A stretch of DNA of 36,873 nucleotides. Origin: Minisyncoccota bacterium (lineage in GTDB: Bacteria; Patescibacteriota; Minisyncoccia; Phycocordibacterales; JAACPR01). Every line of letters begins with the position of its first letter. Within the stretch, counting starts at the first letter, position 1. Below, piece by piece: positions 36,852 to 36,873 of the stretch. A model generated the notes under the pieces. It had not been told where the DNA came from, did no database searches, and worked only from the letters and a program-made list of their open reading frames with translations. The position numbers were made by a program, and so were the translations under genes. The DNA is taken from positions 1-36,873 of the forward strand of contig JAYTLZ010000016.1 in the NCBI GenBank assembly GCA_043728995.1, in the 5' to 3' direction.

Positions 36852-36873
36852 AATAAGTTCTTTATCTCCATTG

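Overview
This 36.9-kb chromosomal window is mostly housekeeping genes. Its features suggest a small-genome, Patescibacteria/CPR-like bacterium; that lineage call is inference only.

Features consistent with that lineage:
- rRNA genes carry insertions.
- The 16S gene is unlinked from 23S-5S.
- The 16S 515 primer site has a mismatch.
- Type IV pilin-like and lamin-tail-domain proteins are present.

rRNA genes, all on the minus strand:
- The 5' ~1.09 kb of a 16S gene lies at the left edge, with its own near-consensus promoter.
- About 9 kb away is a 23S-5S unit. The 23S gene spans ~4.15 kb because it carries two insertions at classic homing sites. One is an ORF-less ~305-nt element at the L2593-type site. 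The other is an ~830-nt element at L1931 that encodes a LAGLIDADG endonuclease.

Protein genes:
- Envelope and surface: secD, secF, a polyprenyl-phosphate sugar transferase divergent from a GT4 glycosyltransferase, two paralogous type IV pilin-like genes bracketing a SEDS (RodA/FtsW) gene, a TM-helix-repeat membrane protein, a lamin-tail/PKD secreted protein, a hyper-acidic peptidoglycan-binding surface protein and an AI-2E permease.
- Regulators and DNA metabolism: two wHTH proteins, a Bro-N/DinD-like protein, ftsK and recA.
- Translation and general: efp, rpsF-ssb-rpsR, tatD, metG and an M16 peptidase.

Most unusual observations:
1. A 63-nt core occurs twice (62/63 identical) in opposite orientation. 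Each copy sits in the loop of a 26-bp hairpin, and the two pairs of arms are unrelated in sequence.
2. The two copies bracket a 3.4-kb segment holding efp and an AT-rich HTH-ImmA/IrrE + DUF4411 (PIN-like) two-gene module.
3. A third long-arm structured hairpin lies just upstream of a strong promoter in the 23S leader. That promoter is followed by an intrinsic terminator before the 23S gene begins.

No CRISPR array, tRNA gene, transposase or integrase was recognised. All family assignments come from motif reading by eye, with no database search. rRNA ends and intron borders are approximate to a few nt.
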